A stretch of 64,000 nt of DNA from Octopus sinensis. Lineage: Eukaryota. Shown piece after piece: positions 12,723 to 26,257 of the stretch (its first letter is position 1; every line of letters begins with the position of its first letter). The notes below the pieces were generated by a model. It was not told where the DNA came from. It made no database searches and worked only from the letters and a program-made list of their open reading frames with translations. The translations under genes and the position numbers were made by a program. Location: assembly GCF_006345805.1 (NCBI RefSeq), contig NC_043009.1, positions 23,498,001 to 23,562,000 of the forward strand. The letters run 5' to 3'.

Positions 12723-14253
12723 CTGTGGGGTCTAGTGGTTAGGGTGTGGTATTCATGATTACTAAATTGTGGTTTTGCTTCTTGGATTGGGTGGTGTGTA
12801 GTATCCTTGAGCAAAACACGTCATTTCATGTTGCTCTGTGATCATTTCGTCATCTTTCATGTGGCACACCACGCACCTGTACAGGTAATGTTGATTTGAT
12901 GGAGGTAGTAAGCTTCTGTACAGCACCTACGTCTAATCATGATAAACAAATCATTTGTGCATATTGTTCAATAAAATCTGAATGGGAGATTCCACCAAAT
13001 GTGTGTGTGTGCTTGCCTTTTCCCATTATATGACAACCTGTGTTGCTTTATGTACATCACTGTCACTTAGCAGTTCAACCAAAGAGAGTGAATAAATAGC
13101 AGATTTAAAACATGAAAAAAATTAGTACTGGGATCAATTTGCTTGACTAAACCCTCAAGGCAGTGCCCCAGCATGGTCATAGTCCAATGACAGAAACAAG
13201 TAATATGAAAGTAAAAGGCAAATGGAAGAGGAGCAGCATCATCCAACTGGCTAGAAATAGCAGCTAAGCCTCCATCAAATCACACCCTAAGTTAAGGACA
13301 CATTAAATAATATAGTCATATATAGAAATAAGGTAGAGTATTTGCAGAGTCGTTTGGGTGTTCGATATAAATGCCTTGTAGTATTTGTTTTCAGGCATAG
13401 GAGTGGCTGTGTGGTAAGTGACTTGCTTACCAACCAAATGGTTCCAGGATCAGTCCCACTGCGTGGCACCTTGGGCAAGTGTCTTCTACTCTAGCCTCGG
13501 GCTGACCAATGCCTTGTGAGTGGATTTGGTAGACGGAAACTGAAAGAAGCCCGTCATATATATGTATGTGTGTGTGTATATGTTTGTGTGTCTGTGTTTG
13601 TCCCTCCCAACATCGCTTGACAACCGTGTGTTTACGTCCCCGTAACTTAGCGGTTCGGCAAAAAAACAGACCGATAGAATAAGTACTAGGCTTACAAAGA
13701 ATAAGTCCAGGGGTCGATTTGCTCGACTAAAGGCGGTGCTCCAGCATGGCCGCAGTCAAATGACTGAAACAAGGAAAAGAGAGTAAAAGACTCTTTATAT
13801 TCTGAGTTCAAATTGTACCACGGTCGACTTTGTCATTCAACATTTCAGAGAAGGAGGTGAGGAGGGGGGGTCAATAAAACGGTTTCAATCCAGGGAAGCA
13901 GAATAGCAGAACTATTGCAGTGGTTCACATCTGAGGCCCATGTGGCCCCTGAGGGTCCATATAAGATTTTATTGTCGGTTACACTTTTACAATACACAAA
14001 ATGTCTTAACAATTTTTTCATACTATTTCGAATAATATTTAATTATAAAAATACAGTAAGATCTTTTTACATCCAGTGGATAGCTATGGAGGTCCAGTGA
14101 AATAAAATAGGTATCAAAGGGGTCCATAGGAAAAAAAAATGGTTAAAGGATCAGGTGAGATGTCTTGCAGTATCTACTCCAGCTCATTTTGTGTTTTGAT
14201 AGCAATGAAGTCAATGGCACTGGTGCTAAGATGTATTGGCCCAAGATGTATAA

Positions 14254-14665
14254 GACGGCGAGCTGTCAGAAACGTTAGCACGCCGGGCGAAATGCGTAGC
14301 TGTATTTCGTCTGCCGTTACGTTCTGAGTTCAAATTCCGCTGAGGTCGACTTTGCCTTTCATCCTTTCGGGCTCGATAAATTAAGTACCAGCTACGCACT
14401 GGGGTCGATATAATCGACTTAATCCGTCTGTCTGTCCTTGTTTGTCTCATCTGTGTTTACCCCTTGTGGGTAGTAAAGAAATAGGTATTTCGTCTGCCGC
14501 TATGTTCTGAGTTCAAATTCCGCCGAGGTCGACTTTGCCTTTCATCCTTTCAGGGTTGTTTAAATAAATACCAGTCACGCACTGGGGTCAATATAATCGA
14601 CTTAATCCATTCGTCTGTCCTTGTTTGTCACCTCTGTGTGTAGCCCCTTGTAGGCAGTAAAGAAA
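14254..14665 (+). mobile_element. Dimeric family-A SINE
   Basis: Full monomer followed by a 5'-truncated second monomer (about 14485-14665). Both lie within one 19-bp TSD TAAGATGTATTGGCCCAAG (14227-14245 and 14666-14684). Confidence 0.88.
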
Positions 14666-14770
14666 TAAGATGTATTGGCCCAAGGTGACAGCCTTTCCCA
14701 TACATAAACATTAGTGGTGTAAAGCAAAGAAACTTACAGTTAGGCAACTACCCATCTGTTTGAGTTTCGC

Positions 14771-15780
14771 TAATCCCTTAGCATATAAACCATCCATATC
14801 CGGTTCAGATATTTTTACCTGTTTTATGTTTAAACTGTAAAGAGGCGTATGAGTGGCTGTCTTGGTAAGCAGCTTACTTACAGACCATATGGTTCCGGGT
14901 TCAGTCCCACTGCGTGGTACCTTGGGCAAATGTCTTCCACTATAGCCTCAGGCCGACAAAAGCCTTGTAAGTGGATTTGGTAGACGGAAACTGAAAGAAG
15001 CCTGTCGTATATATGTATGTGTGTGTGTATGTTTGTGTGTCTGTGTTTGTCCCCTGAACATCGCTTGACAACCGATGCTTGTGTGTTTACGTCCCCGTAA
15101 CTTAGAGGTTCAGCAAAACAGACTGATAGAATAAGTACTAGGCTTACAAAGAATAAGTCCTGGGGTCGATTTGCTTGACTAAAGGCGGTGCTCCAGCATG
15201 GCCACAGTCAAATGACTGAAATAGGTAAAAGAGTAAACTAGCCCCTTACACCTACCCTACAATGCCATTCTAAAATTATGGTGTCTTGCAGTACTCATGA
15301 AGACTTGACAAAGGACCGAGATGCCTAATATCTTGTACTTAAGATCTGTACTCCACAGCAGAAGCATTAAGGTCACAACCTGCCCCCCCCCCCCACCTCC
15401 GAGTAAAGAGGACCGACTTGCAAGAATCCTGTACTGATTCCACAGAGAAAGCACTCATGCTGGTGCCATGTTTGAGTGCACGTGCAGTGCCACATAAAAT
15501 CACCCAGCCCACTCTGTAAAGTGGTTGGTGTTAGGAAGGGCATCCAACCATAGAAACGAAGGCCAAACTGACTGGAGCCTGGTGCAGCTCTCCAGCCTTG
15601 CCAACCCTTGTCAAACCATCCAACCCATGCCAGCATGAACAACAGAAGTTAAATGCTGATGATGATGATAAAATTACATCACGGCAATCTCAAAGCTATG
15701 AAATAATGCACGATTAATTCAGAACAATGTGAATAAATAAGCATTACATTGACTGAGTAATCTGAATGCTTAAGGGTTAA
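14771..15780. mobile_element. piggyBac-like TTAA MITE split by two SINE insertions
   Basis: Pieces at about 14771-14837, 15236-15280 and 15670-15780 join to match the intact copy at 47936-48330. Ends AATGCTTAAGGGTTAA. Confidence 0.7.
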
Positions 15781-16130
15781 AATCCATGACTCCAGTATGG
15801 CCACGATCCATATGTAATAGAATGAAAGCAGAATAAAAGAACAGAATTACATAAAACTGTAAGCATTTTGGTAAAATACAAGTTGGCTACAGCAAGTGAG
15901 GTTATTATTTATTAAATTAAATTCTTCGTTAACTCACAGCAAGTTCTATTAAAGCATTTGTTGCTATTGATAATCCCAAGAAATCAATTTTAGTTTTTGA
16001 AAAATTAAGTGAAAACTGGGAATTCTACAGAACAATCACGTTACATGGGTTTCCTAGCAACGGCTAATTAGACATTGATAGGATCTTGCAGCAGTAGTGG
16101 AAATGATAATAATGATAACAATAACAACGT

Positions 16131-16317
16131 AGAGACAAATAAATTTCCAAAACACCAGGATTTATGAATATATATAACATACAGAAAATGGCACTACTAG
16201 GCACTGCATACATCCTACGTAAAGCTCTTTCAATACAGTGAAAATAACAATACCGAAACAAACCAAGGCACACAGAGCTACACTTGGTGAAAGCACGTAA
16301 TAAAAATAAAACTACTG
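16131..16317 (+). mobile_element. 5'-truncated 3' end of the R4/Dong-like LINE
   Basis: Matches 55400-55606 (AAAACACCAGGA...GCACTACTAGGCACTGCA...ACTACTG|AATAAC). Preceded by a TAA/CAA-type tract. Confidence 0.85.
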
Positions 16318-16566
16318 AATAACGATGATGATGATGATGATGGTGGTGGTGATGGTAATGATGATGATGATGATTTCAAATTTTGCCTCAAGGGCAGCAA
16401 TTTTGGGGAAAGGGATGAGTTGATTACATTGACCCCAGTGTTCAACTGGTATTTATTTCATCGACCCCCGAAAGGATGAAATGCAAAGTCGACCTTGTTG
16501 GAATTTGAACTCAGAACATAATGATGGGTGAAATACCGCTAAGCATTTCGTCCAATATGCTAACAA

Positions 16567-16619
<53 letters not shown>

Positions 16620-16620
16620 A

Positions 16621-17160
16621 CAACCCTGATGCAATACCAAGCAATAGCTTTCAAGGCTTTGGATCTTAACTGATTGGAAGCATTATCATGTACATTGTTT
16701 TGTCTTGGTATAAAAGATGGGTTACAGTAAATATTCTGCTCAATACCACAGATTTGCTTGTCAGTTGCTTGACCTTAACCAGTTGAGCATGTCCCTTAGC
16801 ATCTGATCAATAAGTGCATCTCTGATCATGAGTAGAAGTAGTTGAGGAGCATCATGGTCATGTGTTGAGAGGAATTCGTCTCTAGAAACATGGGTGTTTT
16901 GTTCCTCATCCTTAAACAACCCTTATTCAGGGACCTTTTAAGCAGAATGGGCTACTTGAACTGAAAAAAATTCTAACTGGGCCCCACCTGCAAGGTCATG
17001 CACTGTTTATCTTGATATGAGGTCTCCCTGTCACACACATATGGTTGTGATGCATGTGCCTGGTGTACCCTTATCAGATGGGCGGTCATGATGGGTATAT
17101 TGGGCTTCATTTATTTGAACCACAGTATCACTCTGATGGCACGTGCTACTCTCTCAATTA
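16621..17160 (+). mobile_element. Unclassified ~540-bp retroposon ending in (AAT)n, copy 1
   Basis: Homologous over its whole length to 20580-21115. Same 3' end running into AATAATAAT. Preceded by a (TAG)n/(TAA) tract. Confidence 0.75.
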
Positions 17161-17515
17161 ATAATAATATTGTGGTTGATGAAATATGTACCAGTCAAAT
17201 ACTGGGGTTGATATAATTAACATGCCCCTGGCATTCAAAATTGCTGGCCTTGTGTTGAAATTATAAAGGATTATTATCATTATTAACTTCTTTTGAATTC
17301 TTCATCTTTCCCTTATCATACCAAGTAGTACCCTGATGCTTAAAGAAAAATTTGGCAATACATACATTTAACAATGTATAACTATCATCATAAGGGCATA
17401 AATAAAACAGTATATGTCTTTGCAAGGTTTTTAAATTGATAATGCCCTTCTCAAGAAATGAACAATGCCAGTTATTATTACAAATACTATTATTATTGAG
17501 AAAAAGAGTAGCTGG

Positions 17516-17546
<31 letters not shown>

Positions 17547-18169
17547 CATCATCATTATTATTATGGGGCTACAGAATGCTAAGCTAAATACTAAAGTGGA
17601 TGGGAAGAAAAGTCCCCACATGGTCAACAACCGAAATAAAAAAAAACATAAATGTATGAGTGTACTATGGGAATCTAATCTTAAAGGTGATTGGGGTCAA
17701 CTCTATAGACATTTTTACTGTGTGTGTGTGTGCAGACTTGCACATAAAGAAATAGCGTGTATACATTAATGGATTTAATAGTTTTGATGTTTCAATGCTT
17801 GTCAGAGGAATTCCTTGTAAACTTTTGTTACTTTTGGCCAACCTCCATTTGAGATTCATCAATATGCACTGATTTGCAATTAATTAAAAAACAAACAAAC
17901 AAATACTCTGATGGATTATCACTGTTTTAAAATACATTACCATAAACAAATCCTATTATACCGACAAGGCTCCTAAGCAGTTTGCACTTAGAGAATGAAG
18001 AAGCAGCCAATTTTTTTATGTCAGTCTGATTGTTATTCGAACGAATTTTAAGTGCCGCAGTTAACTTAAAGTTATATTATAATTGTTCCAGTTGTTGTTG
18101 TGTTGCTGCTGTTGCTTTTGTTGTGTCGGTTTCTCCACCCAACCTACTCATCTTGCGCATCTTTATTTT

Positions 18170-18430
18170 TCAGTTTCACTTCCTCCTGTACTCTTGAGCA
18201 CATTGGGCAGAAAATTGACACCACTGGTTTCTGTTGGCAGCAGTTTTCTTTGTATCTAGCCATGTAATATTAGCCTCATTCATATCAGTTTATGAATGTC
18301 CTGCACCATGTAGGTTTCGGTATCCCTTTCTTTCTTTTCTTCTCCAGTGGTGCCCATCTGAAAGTTGTTTTAATGTAGTGTTCTAGTAGCCAGTGTGCGT
18401 GACCTGTTAGTTTTAATTTTTGTATTCCAA
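18170..18430 (-). mobile_element. RTE-clade LINE 3' fragment
   Basis: Translation KLKLTGHAHWL...TFRWAPLEKKRKKGIPKPTWCRTF matches the RTE C-terminal pattern W/L-xGH...W.P..GKRKRGRP..TW. Confidence 0.7.
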
Positions 18431-19100
18431 GAATCAAATGGCATCCAAAAGCACACTGGGGTGGACAGGAGGAAAGAAACAACATAAACAGAATGTAGCA
18501 CATGTTACAACAACATGTTGTATGCCAGAACATACGCTGCACAGCATTAAGTGTACACTACATGGTATGTTTCTTTACAAAGTGAAGGAAGGAAGACCCC
18601 CTTTAGTCATGGATGACTATGAGATTGCACCTAGAAAGTTTCCCTCAAAGGCACAAGTCTGGGTACGGTTGTTTATGGAAACCAGCAGTTACCCATGCAT
18701 ACCAGCCTCCCTCTCCACGCCAATGATGTTATCCAAGGGTGAGGCTAAGGCTGATACAGCTTGGCACCAGTAATGTCGCAACTTGTTTCTACAGATGAGT
18801 GAACTGGAACAACATGAAAATAAAGTGTCTTGCTCAAGAACACAGCACACAGACCAGTCTGGCAATCGAACTCACTGCCCCATGATTGTGAGCCTGAAAC
18901 TCAAACCAAAGACTCATGAGCTTCACAAAATATCAATGTCCCGGGTGTGGCTGTGTGATAAGTAGATTGCTTACCAACTACATGGTTCCAGGTTCAGTCC
19001 CACTGCGTGGCATCTTGGACACGTGTCTTCTACTATAGCCTTGGGCCAACCAAAGTCTTGTGAGTGGATTTGTAAGGCGGAAACTGAAAGAAGCTTGTTG

Positions 19101-19160
<60 letters not shown>

Positions 19161-19496
19161 CATGTATGTGTGTGTATATGTTTGTGTGTCTGTGTTTGTC
19201 CCACCAACATCGCTTGACGACCGATGCTGGTGTGTTTACATCTCCGTAACTTAGCAGTTCGGCAAAAGAGACTGATAGAATAAGTACTAGGCTTACAAAG
19301 AATAAGTCTTGGGGGTCGATTTGCTCGACTAAAGGCGGTGCTCCAGCATGGCCACAGTCAAATGGCTGAAACAAGTAAATGAGTAAAAGAGAGAGTATCT
19401 AAAACAATGGTTCTCAACCAGGATTCATATATCCTTTGGGGAGGCCCATATAAGATTTTGCTGTTAAAATTTATATGCAATATATTGGTTGTACTT

Positions 19497-19807
19497 CTCT
19501 TCTTCTTTGCCCTTTTCAAGCCTAGCCAGGTTCATAGGCCCAGTTTCCCGGTTTCTGTGGCGTATGTGTTCCCCCCCAGCTGGACGGGATGCCAGTTCAT
19601 TGCAGCATTACTCAAGAAACAGGAAGAGAGAGTGAGAGAAAGTTGTGGTGAAAGAGTACAACAGGGGTCGCCACCCCCTGCTGGAGCCTCATGGAGCTTT
19701 AGGTGTTTGCACTCAATAAATACACACAATGCCTGGTCTGGGGATTGAAACCGCAATCCTCCGACCGCGAGTCCGCTGCCCTAACCACTGGGCCAATGTG
19801 CCTCCAC
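19497..19807 (-). mobile_element. tRNA-derived SINE with V-domain-like body (family C)
   Basis: Head GTGGAGGCACATTGGCCCAGTGGTTAGGGCAGCGGACTCGCGGTCG. Body CTGCAATGAACTGGCATCCCGTCCAG resembles the V-SINE domain. Copies at 21859-22166(+) and about 58480-58772(-). Confidence 0.8.
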
Positions 19808-20521
19808 AAATAAATGTGCCCTTTTAAAGCCTAGCCAGGCTCATGGGCCTGGTTTCTATGGCGTATGTGTTCCCCAGCTGGACAGGATGCCAGTCCATTG
19901 CAGCGTTACTCATTCTTGCCAGCTGAGTGGACTGGAGCAACGTGAAATGAAGTGTTTTGCTCAAGAACACGACGTGTCGCCCGGTCCAGGAATTGAAACC
20001 ACAATTTTACGATCATGACCCTAACCGCTAAACCACGTGCCTCCACGGTTGTACTTCTACAATGCACAAAATTTAATAATTATTTTTATACAATTCCTAA
20101 TAATATTTAATTACAAAAATAGTATTTTTTTTTTCTTCATTTAAAAGTAGCCAGAGCAATTTAACTACAGCAATAACAACATCAACAACAACCATTGCTA
20201 TGCATACACACACACATTACATTCTCTTTCTCTCTCTTTTTTACATGTTATCTTATTGTAATAGTCATTTCGAAACGAAACACCTAACTTGGCTCACTAC
20301 CAAGTGTTTTGTCAACAACTGTAACTAATGACAATAATAATAACAACAACAACAACAATAATAATAATAATGGTTTCAAATTTTGGCTTAAGGCCAGCGT
20401 GTTTGGTGGGGATAGGGTAAGTTGACTACATTGACCCTAAAAGAGTGAAAGGCAAAGTTGGCCTTGACGTGGAAGGATGAAATGGTGCTATGCATTTTGC
20501 CTGATGTACCAGCTCACTGTT

Positions 20522-20566
<45 letters not shown>

Positions 20567-20579
20567 GTAATAATAATAA

Positions 20580-21115
20580 GTGGCTCTCATGGCTTCTGAG
20601 CTTAACTGATTGGAAGTGTTATCATGTACATTGTTTTGTCTTGGTATAAAAGATGGGCTACAACAAATATTCTGCTCAATACCAAAGATTTGCCTGTCAG
20701 TTGCTTGACCGTAACCAGCTGAGCATGTCCCTTAGTGGCTGATGATATGTGCGTCTCTGATCCCGAGCAGAAGTAGTGAGGGAGTATCATAGCCATGTGT
20801 TGAAAGGAATTCTTGGAGGTTTGGATAATTCACTTTTGGAAACATGGGTGGTTCGTTCAACATCCTTAAACAACCCTTATTCAGGGACCTTTTGAGTGGG
20901 ATGGGCTACTCGACCAGAAGAAAATTCTAACTGGGCCCTACCTGCAAGGTCATGTGCTGTTTATCTTGATATGAGATCACCATGTTGTGCACATTTAGTT
21001 GTGATGCATGTGCCTGGTGTACCCTTATCCGACGGGTAGTCATGATGGGTAAACTGGGCTTCGTATATTTGTACCCCAGTATCACTTTGATGGCATGCAC
21101 TGCTCTCTTACTCAA
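20580..21115 (+). mobile_element. Unclassified ~540-bp retroposon ending in (AAT)n, copy 2
   Basis: Homologous to 16621-17160 but about 25 nt shorter at the 5' end. Flanked on both sides by long (AAT)n tracts. Confidence 0.75.
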
Positions 21116-21140
21116 TAATAATAATAATAATAATAATAAC

Positions 21141-21189
<49 letters not shown>

Positions 21190-21858
21190 GTAAGAACAAG
21201 AATAGCAATGGTGGTAGTAGTAGTAGAAATTGATGATGATGATGATGATGAACACAATAAGAAGCAACATAAGAGAAATATGGAAAACAATGGTAACAAT
21301 AAGAATAAAAGATAGAAAAAGGGTATTTCTTTTTTTTAAAAAAAAAGCATATTAATGGGAAAAAAGAAAGAGCCAAAACGAGCGAAAGTAACAATGAAAA
21401 TATATCAATGGAAAGAACAACAACAACAATAACAAGAAGAAGAACAACAACAACAGAATCTGCACTTATAAATAGAACGAAAGAAAAGAATCCTAAGTCA
21501 ACAACAACAACAACGACAATGATAACAAACCGCATTACGATGAAAACAAAGTTAATAATATTAGCAACAACATCAACAATGGCAAAATTAATAATTACCT
21601 TAAACAATAGTGGGGTTGGGATGGGGTGGGGAAGAAATATATAAAAAGGAACCAATTCTGGGTGGGGGTGGGGAGGAGTTGAGACAAGAAAATAATAGAA
21701 ATGATAACAACAATAACAACAACAGTCACACTAGCAACAACAACAATGCTTTCAAATTTTGGCACAAGGCCAGCAAGTTTGGGGTAGAGGCTAAGTTGAT
21801 TATATTGATTCCCAGTGTTCAACTGGTACTTATTTTATCGACCCTAAAAGGATGAAAG

Positions 21859-22166
21859 GTGGAGGTGCAATGGCCCAGTGGTTAGGGCAGCAGACTCGCG
21901 GTCGAAGGATCATGGTTTTGATTCCCAAGCCGGGCGCTGTGTGTGTTTATTGAGCAAAAACACCTAAAGCTCCACGAGGCTCGGGCAGGGGGTGGTGGCA
22001 ACCCCTGTTGTACTCTTTCGCCCAAACTTTCTCTCATTCTTTCTTCCTGTTTCTCGAGTAACACTGTGATGGACTGGCGTCCCGTCCAGCTGGGGGGAAC
22101 ATATACACCATAGAAACCGGGCCCATGAGCCTATCTAGACTTGAAATGGGCGAAGAAAAGAAAAAG
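21859..22166 (+). mobile_element. Family-C SINE nested in a family-A SINE
   Basis: 12-bp TSD AAAGGATGAAAG at 21847-21858 and 22167-22178. The host SINE resumes after the insert. Confidence 0.9.
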
Positions 22167-22604
22167 AAAGGATGAAAGACAAAGTGGCCTTGGTGGAATT
22201 TGAACTCAGAATGTTACTGATGGATGAAATGCTGCTAAGCATTTTGTCTTGTGTGCTAATGAGTCTAGCAGCTCACCACCTTAGCAACAACAATACTGAT
22301 TTCAAATTTTGGCACAAGGCCAGCAATTTGGGGGGAGGAGGTAAGTTGATTACATTGACCCCAGTGCTCAACTGGTACTTATTTTACTGACCCCGAAAGG
22401 ATGAAAGGTAAAGTCACCTTGGTGGGATTTGAACTCAGAACATGAAGGTGGACAAAATGCTGCAAAGCATTTTGCCTGGCGTGCTAGCGATCATGCCAGC
22501 TCCCTGCCTTTACAACAACAACAATAATAATGATGATGACTACCCCCATCAATTCTGATGTATGAGTGTTTAAATAAAAATAAAAAATAATAACAAACAC
22601 TTAC

Positions 22605-22676
22605 TTTGTCTCCAGATTTAATAGTCCTCTGAGGAATTTTGGCGATTGTCTTTTTAGCAGCATTTGCAAGACGTTT
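22605..22676 (-). CDS. Internal coding exon (72 bp) of goliath/RNF130/RNF149/RNF150-type PA-TM-RING E3 ubiquitin ligase
   Basis: Acceptor TTCTTCCTTCCAG and donor GTAAGTG, phase 0/0. Encodes KRLANAAKKTIAKIPQRTIKSGDK, matching the juxtamembrane RRLGDAAKKAISKL..RT.KKGDK segment of the family. In frame with exon 30616-30863. Confidence 0.93.
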
Positions 22677-24446
22677 CTGGAAGGAAGAACAATTGGAAGT
22701 GTTTAGATAGAAATGGTGACTGGTTTTTTTTATAGTACAACCTATATTATATAAAGAGAAGATAGTGTTAGCATAGTATAAGCATAGAACATTGATGGTA
22801 GCATGTGATGAATATTCCTGTGGGAATGTGATGAAAAATTAGGGGTTGGGGAGAAAAGAGGAAGAAAGGAAAGAACATTGACAAATAACAACAGATGATT
22901 GTGATTACAGGTTTCAATGATAAGACTCTACCAAAATATAACCAGAATGGATGCTGCTCATGAAATTAAAATGGTTCACCTTTGATTCTTTCATATAAGA
23001 CCCATCTTCCATTGTAATTTTATGCAAGAATCTTTTGTTAACTCAGTCTTCTGTACAACACACAAATGCACAAAGGGGTATTGGTCAGCTAAATTTGAAA
23101 CATCTGATATCACAAGAGCTGTACTAACCTTGTTAACATTCATTTTGATCTTTCCCCTCTATAATTTATTCTGTTCTGTAATGGAATCATTACAGGACTG
23201 GACTTTTGGCTTAGAAAATTTTCCAAGAGGTTTTTAAGAAATAATATATATTTCTAATACTAGTTTAAAGTTTAATAGCATAAAATTTAGCACATGTATG
23301 CCTGTGTATATTTTAGCGACAACGCCATGTTGCATTGGGAGGTAGCACCTTAATGACATTCTTGGGGAGCTGCTGATCACAGGTGAGGTCTTCCACAGAA
23401 ATGACATAATTGACATGTATGTATAAATGTACGTATATCTGTATATATGTATGCCTGTTCTGCATGTGTGTGTGCAAACATGCATGTATATATGTATGTA
23501 TGTTTTGTATGTAAGTATGTATACTCTTTTACTTGTTTCAGTCATTTGACTGTAGCCATGCTGGAGCACCACCTTTAGTCAAACAAATCAACCCCAGGAC
23601 TTATTCTTTGTAAGCCTAGTACTTATTCTATCAGTCTCTTTTGCCGAACCGCTAAGTTACAGCATCGGTTGTCAAATGATATTGGGTAGACAAACACAGA
23701 CACAGAAACATACACACACACACATATATATACATACATATATACGACAGGCTTCTTTCAGTTTCCGTCTACCAAATCCACTCACAAGGCTTTGGTCAGC
23801 CCGAGGTTATAGTAGAAGACATTTGCCCAAGGTGCCATGCAGTGGGACTGAACCCGGAACTATGTGGTTCGTAAGCAAGCTACTTACCACACAGCCACTC
23901 CTACGCCTATGTATGTATGCATGTATGTACATATATGTTTGTGTATGTATGTTCTAAATGAAGGACCACAGTTTTGCATTTCAGTAGCTGAAATTTTGTA
24001 AAATGTCACAGCTACTTCTTTTCAAGCTGAAGGTCATAAACTATGTGGTAACATTTTCTGAATCTTTTAAATTTCTTTTTACCTCTAGGCAGAAAAACCA
24101 AGAATATTGTATACCCAGAAGCATTGTAATAGAAATTACAAATAGAAAAATAATTAATTCACAATTAGAATAATAATGTGAATTAGAGTAGTACTTCAAA
24201 AAAAAAAAAAGCATGTTTAATTGGAAAATAAAAGCATATAAGAGTAAAATTATATTTTATATTTAACATTAGATTTTCCTTTTTTTGCTTTTCTCACATT
24301 ATTATGAAGTTGAACTTGACTCATCATTTGTAACAATTCTGAGAGAATCAATATTTCCAAAGCATGTGAAGAATGTTATCAGCATCTTTCTAAAACAATT
24401 TATCCAAAACTTCAGTGAATTCCAATGATTATGTTTATTTTAGGTA

Positions 24447-24685
24447 TTAAACTTTTTGCTACCAACCTGCATGAGATCACCCCCTTGTTCTATGATACAA
24501 ACTTCCTGTTTTAAATTGATCTAAATTAAAACTTTCCAATCACAATTCCATCACAATTTCATGTTAATTTATGTTCCAAATGCCAGCTTAATAATGACAA
24601 AAGCTATTTTATTAAAATCATAATTTTCAAAATTAACTGAAACAAAGGCAGTGTTTTTCAATAAAAATATGGTAACAAAAGGTTA
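24447..24685. mobile_element. TTAA-flanked AT-rich MITE (second family)
   Basis: TTAAACTTTTTGCTACCA ... TGGTAACAAAAGGTTAA short terminal inverted ends. Further copies are clustered at 33017-33837. Confidence 0.6.
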
Positions 24686-25282
24686 ATAATATCAAATTTA
24701 TTTTAACAAATTCTTCATCATTTTCAAAATAAACTGACACAAAGACAGAGAATTTCAATAGAAATATGGAAACAAAAGCATCTCTAAACCAAGGCAAGAT
24801 TAAATATGATAACTAGTAAACCAATACATGGCTAAATTATTTCACTCAATATCTCCAAATTTCTTCACTATTCTGAATATTATAACCTGAAATACAGAGT
24901 AATTCTTTAGGAATAGAGCCACAAAAACATCAGCTTCTTCATGCCTAAATTTCTCTAATAAAAATAGACTGCTTATGTATCTTAACTAATTATTAAATGA
25001 TCAAGAAATAGGTGAGGTTTAGGAAAACAAATTTTTTATTTTATTAATAGGCACAAGTATGGCTCTGTGGTAAGAAGTTTGCATCCCAATCACATGGTTC
25101 CAGATTCAGTCCCACTGCATGGCACCACGGACAGATGTGTTCTACTATAACCTCGGGACAACCAAAGCCCTTATGAGTGGATTTGGTAGATGCCAACTGA
25201 AAGAAGCCTTTCATACACATACGTATGTACATATATGTCTCTCTTTCTCACTATATATATATATCGTTAGACACTACACACA

Positions 25283-25623
25283 TTTTTTTCTCTCCTTGTT
25301 TCTTTCTATCTTCCTTTCTGTGGAAGAGCGTAGGCTTGAAACGTTAAAGACTTTTTCAATTCCCGAGCGTTATACTAATATATCTGTTTGTTTTCTACAC
25401 CACCTGTCTTCGTCTTTTGTTTTTTTTGTGAATTCTCTCCCTATATATATATATATATATATAGCTGAAAATTACAGAAAAACAAAAGATGAAGACAGGT
25501 GGTGTAGAAAACAAACAGATGTATTAGTTTGATGCTTGGGAAAGTGAGAAAGTCTTTTACGTTCTGATCCTAGGCTCTTCAACAGAAAGGAATATGAAGA
25601 AATAAACAGTGAGAGAATAAAAA
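25283..25623. repeat. Long inverted repeat around a (TA)n loop, probably Penelope-like terminal repeat derived
   Basis: Arms at about 25283-25434 and 25470-25623 are reverse complements. Loop is (TA)n. Each arm has a hammerhead-like CTGT(T/G)GAAGAGC..GAAAC motif. Confidence 0.8.
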
Positions 25624-26257
25624 GAAAGAGAATATATATATATATGAAAGTGTGTGGCCTAGTGATAAGGTAGTGTGCACTCATAATCGCTAGATTGTGG
25701 GTTCAATTCCCTGATTGGGTGTTGTGTCGTATTCTTGAGCAAATCAATTTGTTCCACATTGCTCCCGTTCCCTTTCAATCAGTTGTAAAATAAATGTCAC
25801 ACGACTGTCATATTCATATCTGGTTATGGGGGAAATATTTCCTTACTTGGATACAAGTGAAGGTAGGTGACAGGAAAGGCATCTGTCTGTAGAAAATCTG
25901 CCTCATCAAATTCCATCTGAGCCATGCAAGCATGGAAGCCTTGTGAGTGGATTTGGTAGACAGAAACTGAAAGAATCCCATCTTATATATATATATGTGT
26001 GTATATATATTTATGTGTGTCTGAACCCACCCCTCAATCGCTTGACAACTAATGTTGGTGTGTTTATGTCCCCATAACTAAGCAGTTTGGCAAAAGAGGC
26101 CGATAGAATAAGTACTAGGCTTACAAAGTGTAAGTCCTGGGGTTGTTTCTTCGACTAAAACCCTTTAAGGTGGTGCTCCAGCATGGCACAGTCAAATGAC
26201 TGAAACGTGTAAAAGAATAAAACAATGATGATGATAACGATGGTTTGGTTAGAACAA

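Noticed and set aside
20927-21855. Long hydrophobic or poly-Asn ORFs
   Set aside because: Translations of (AAT)n and (AAC)n low-complexity tracts.
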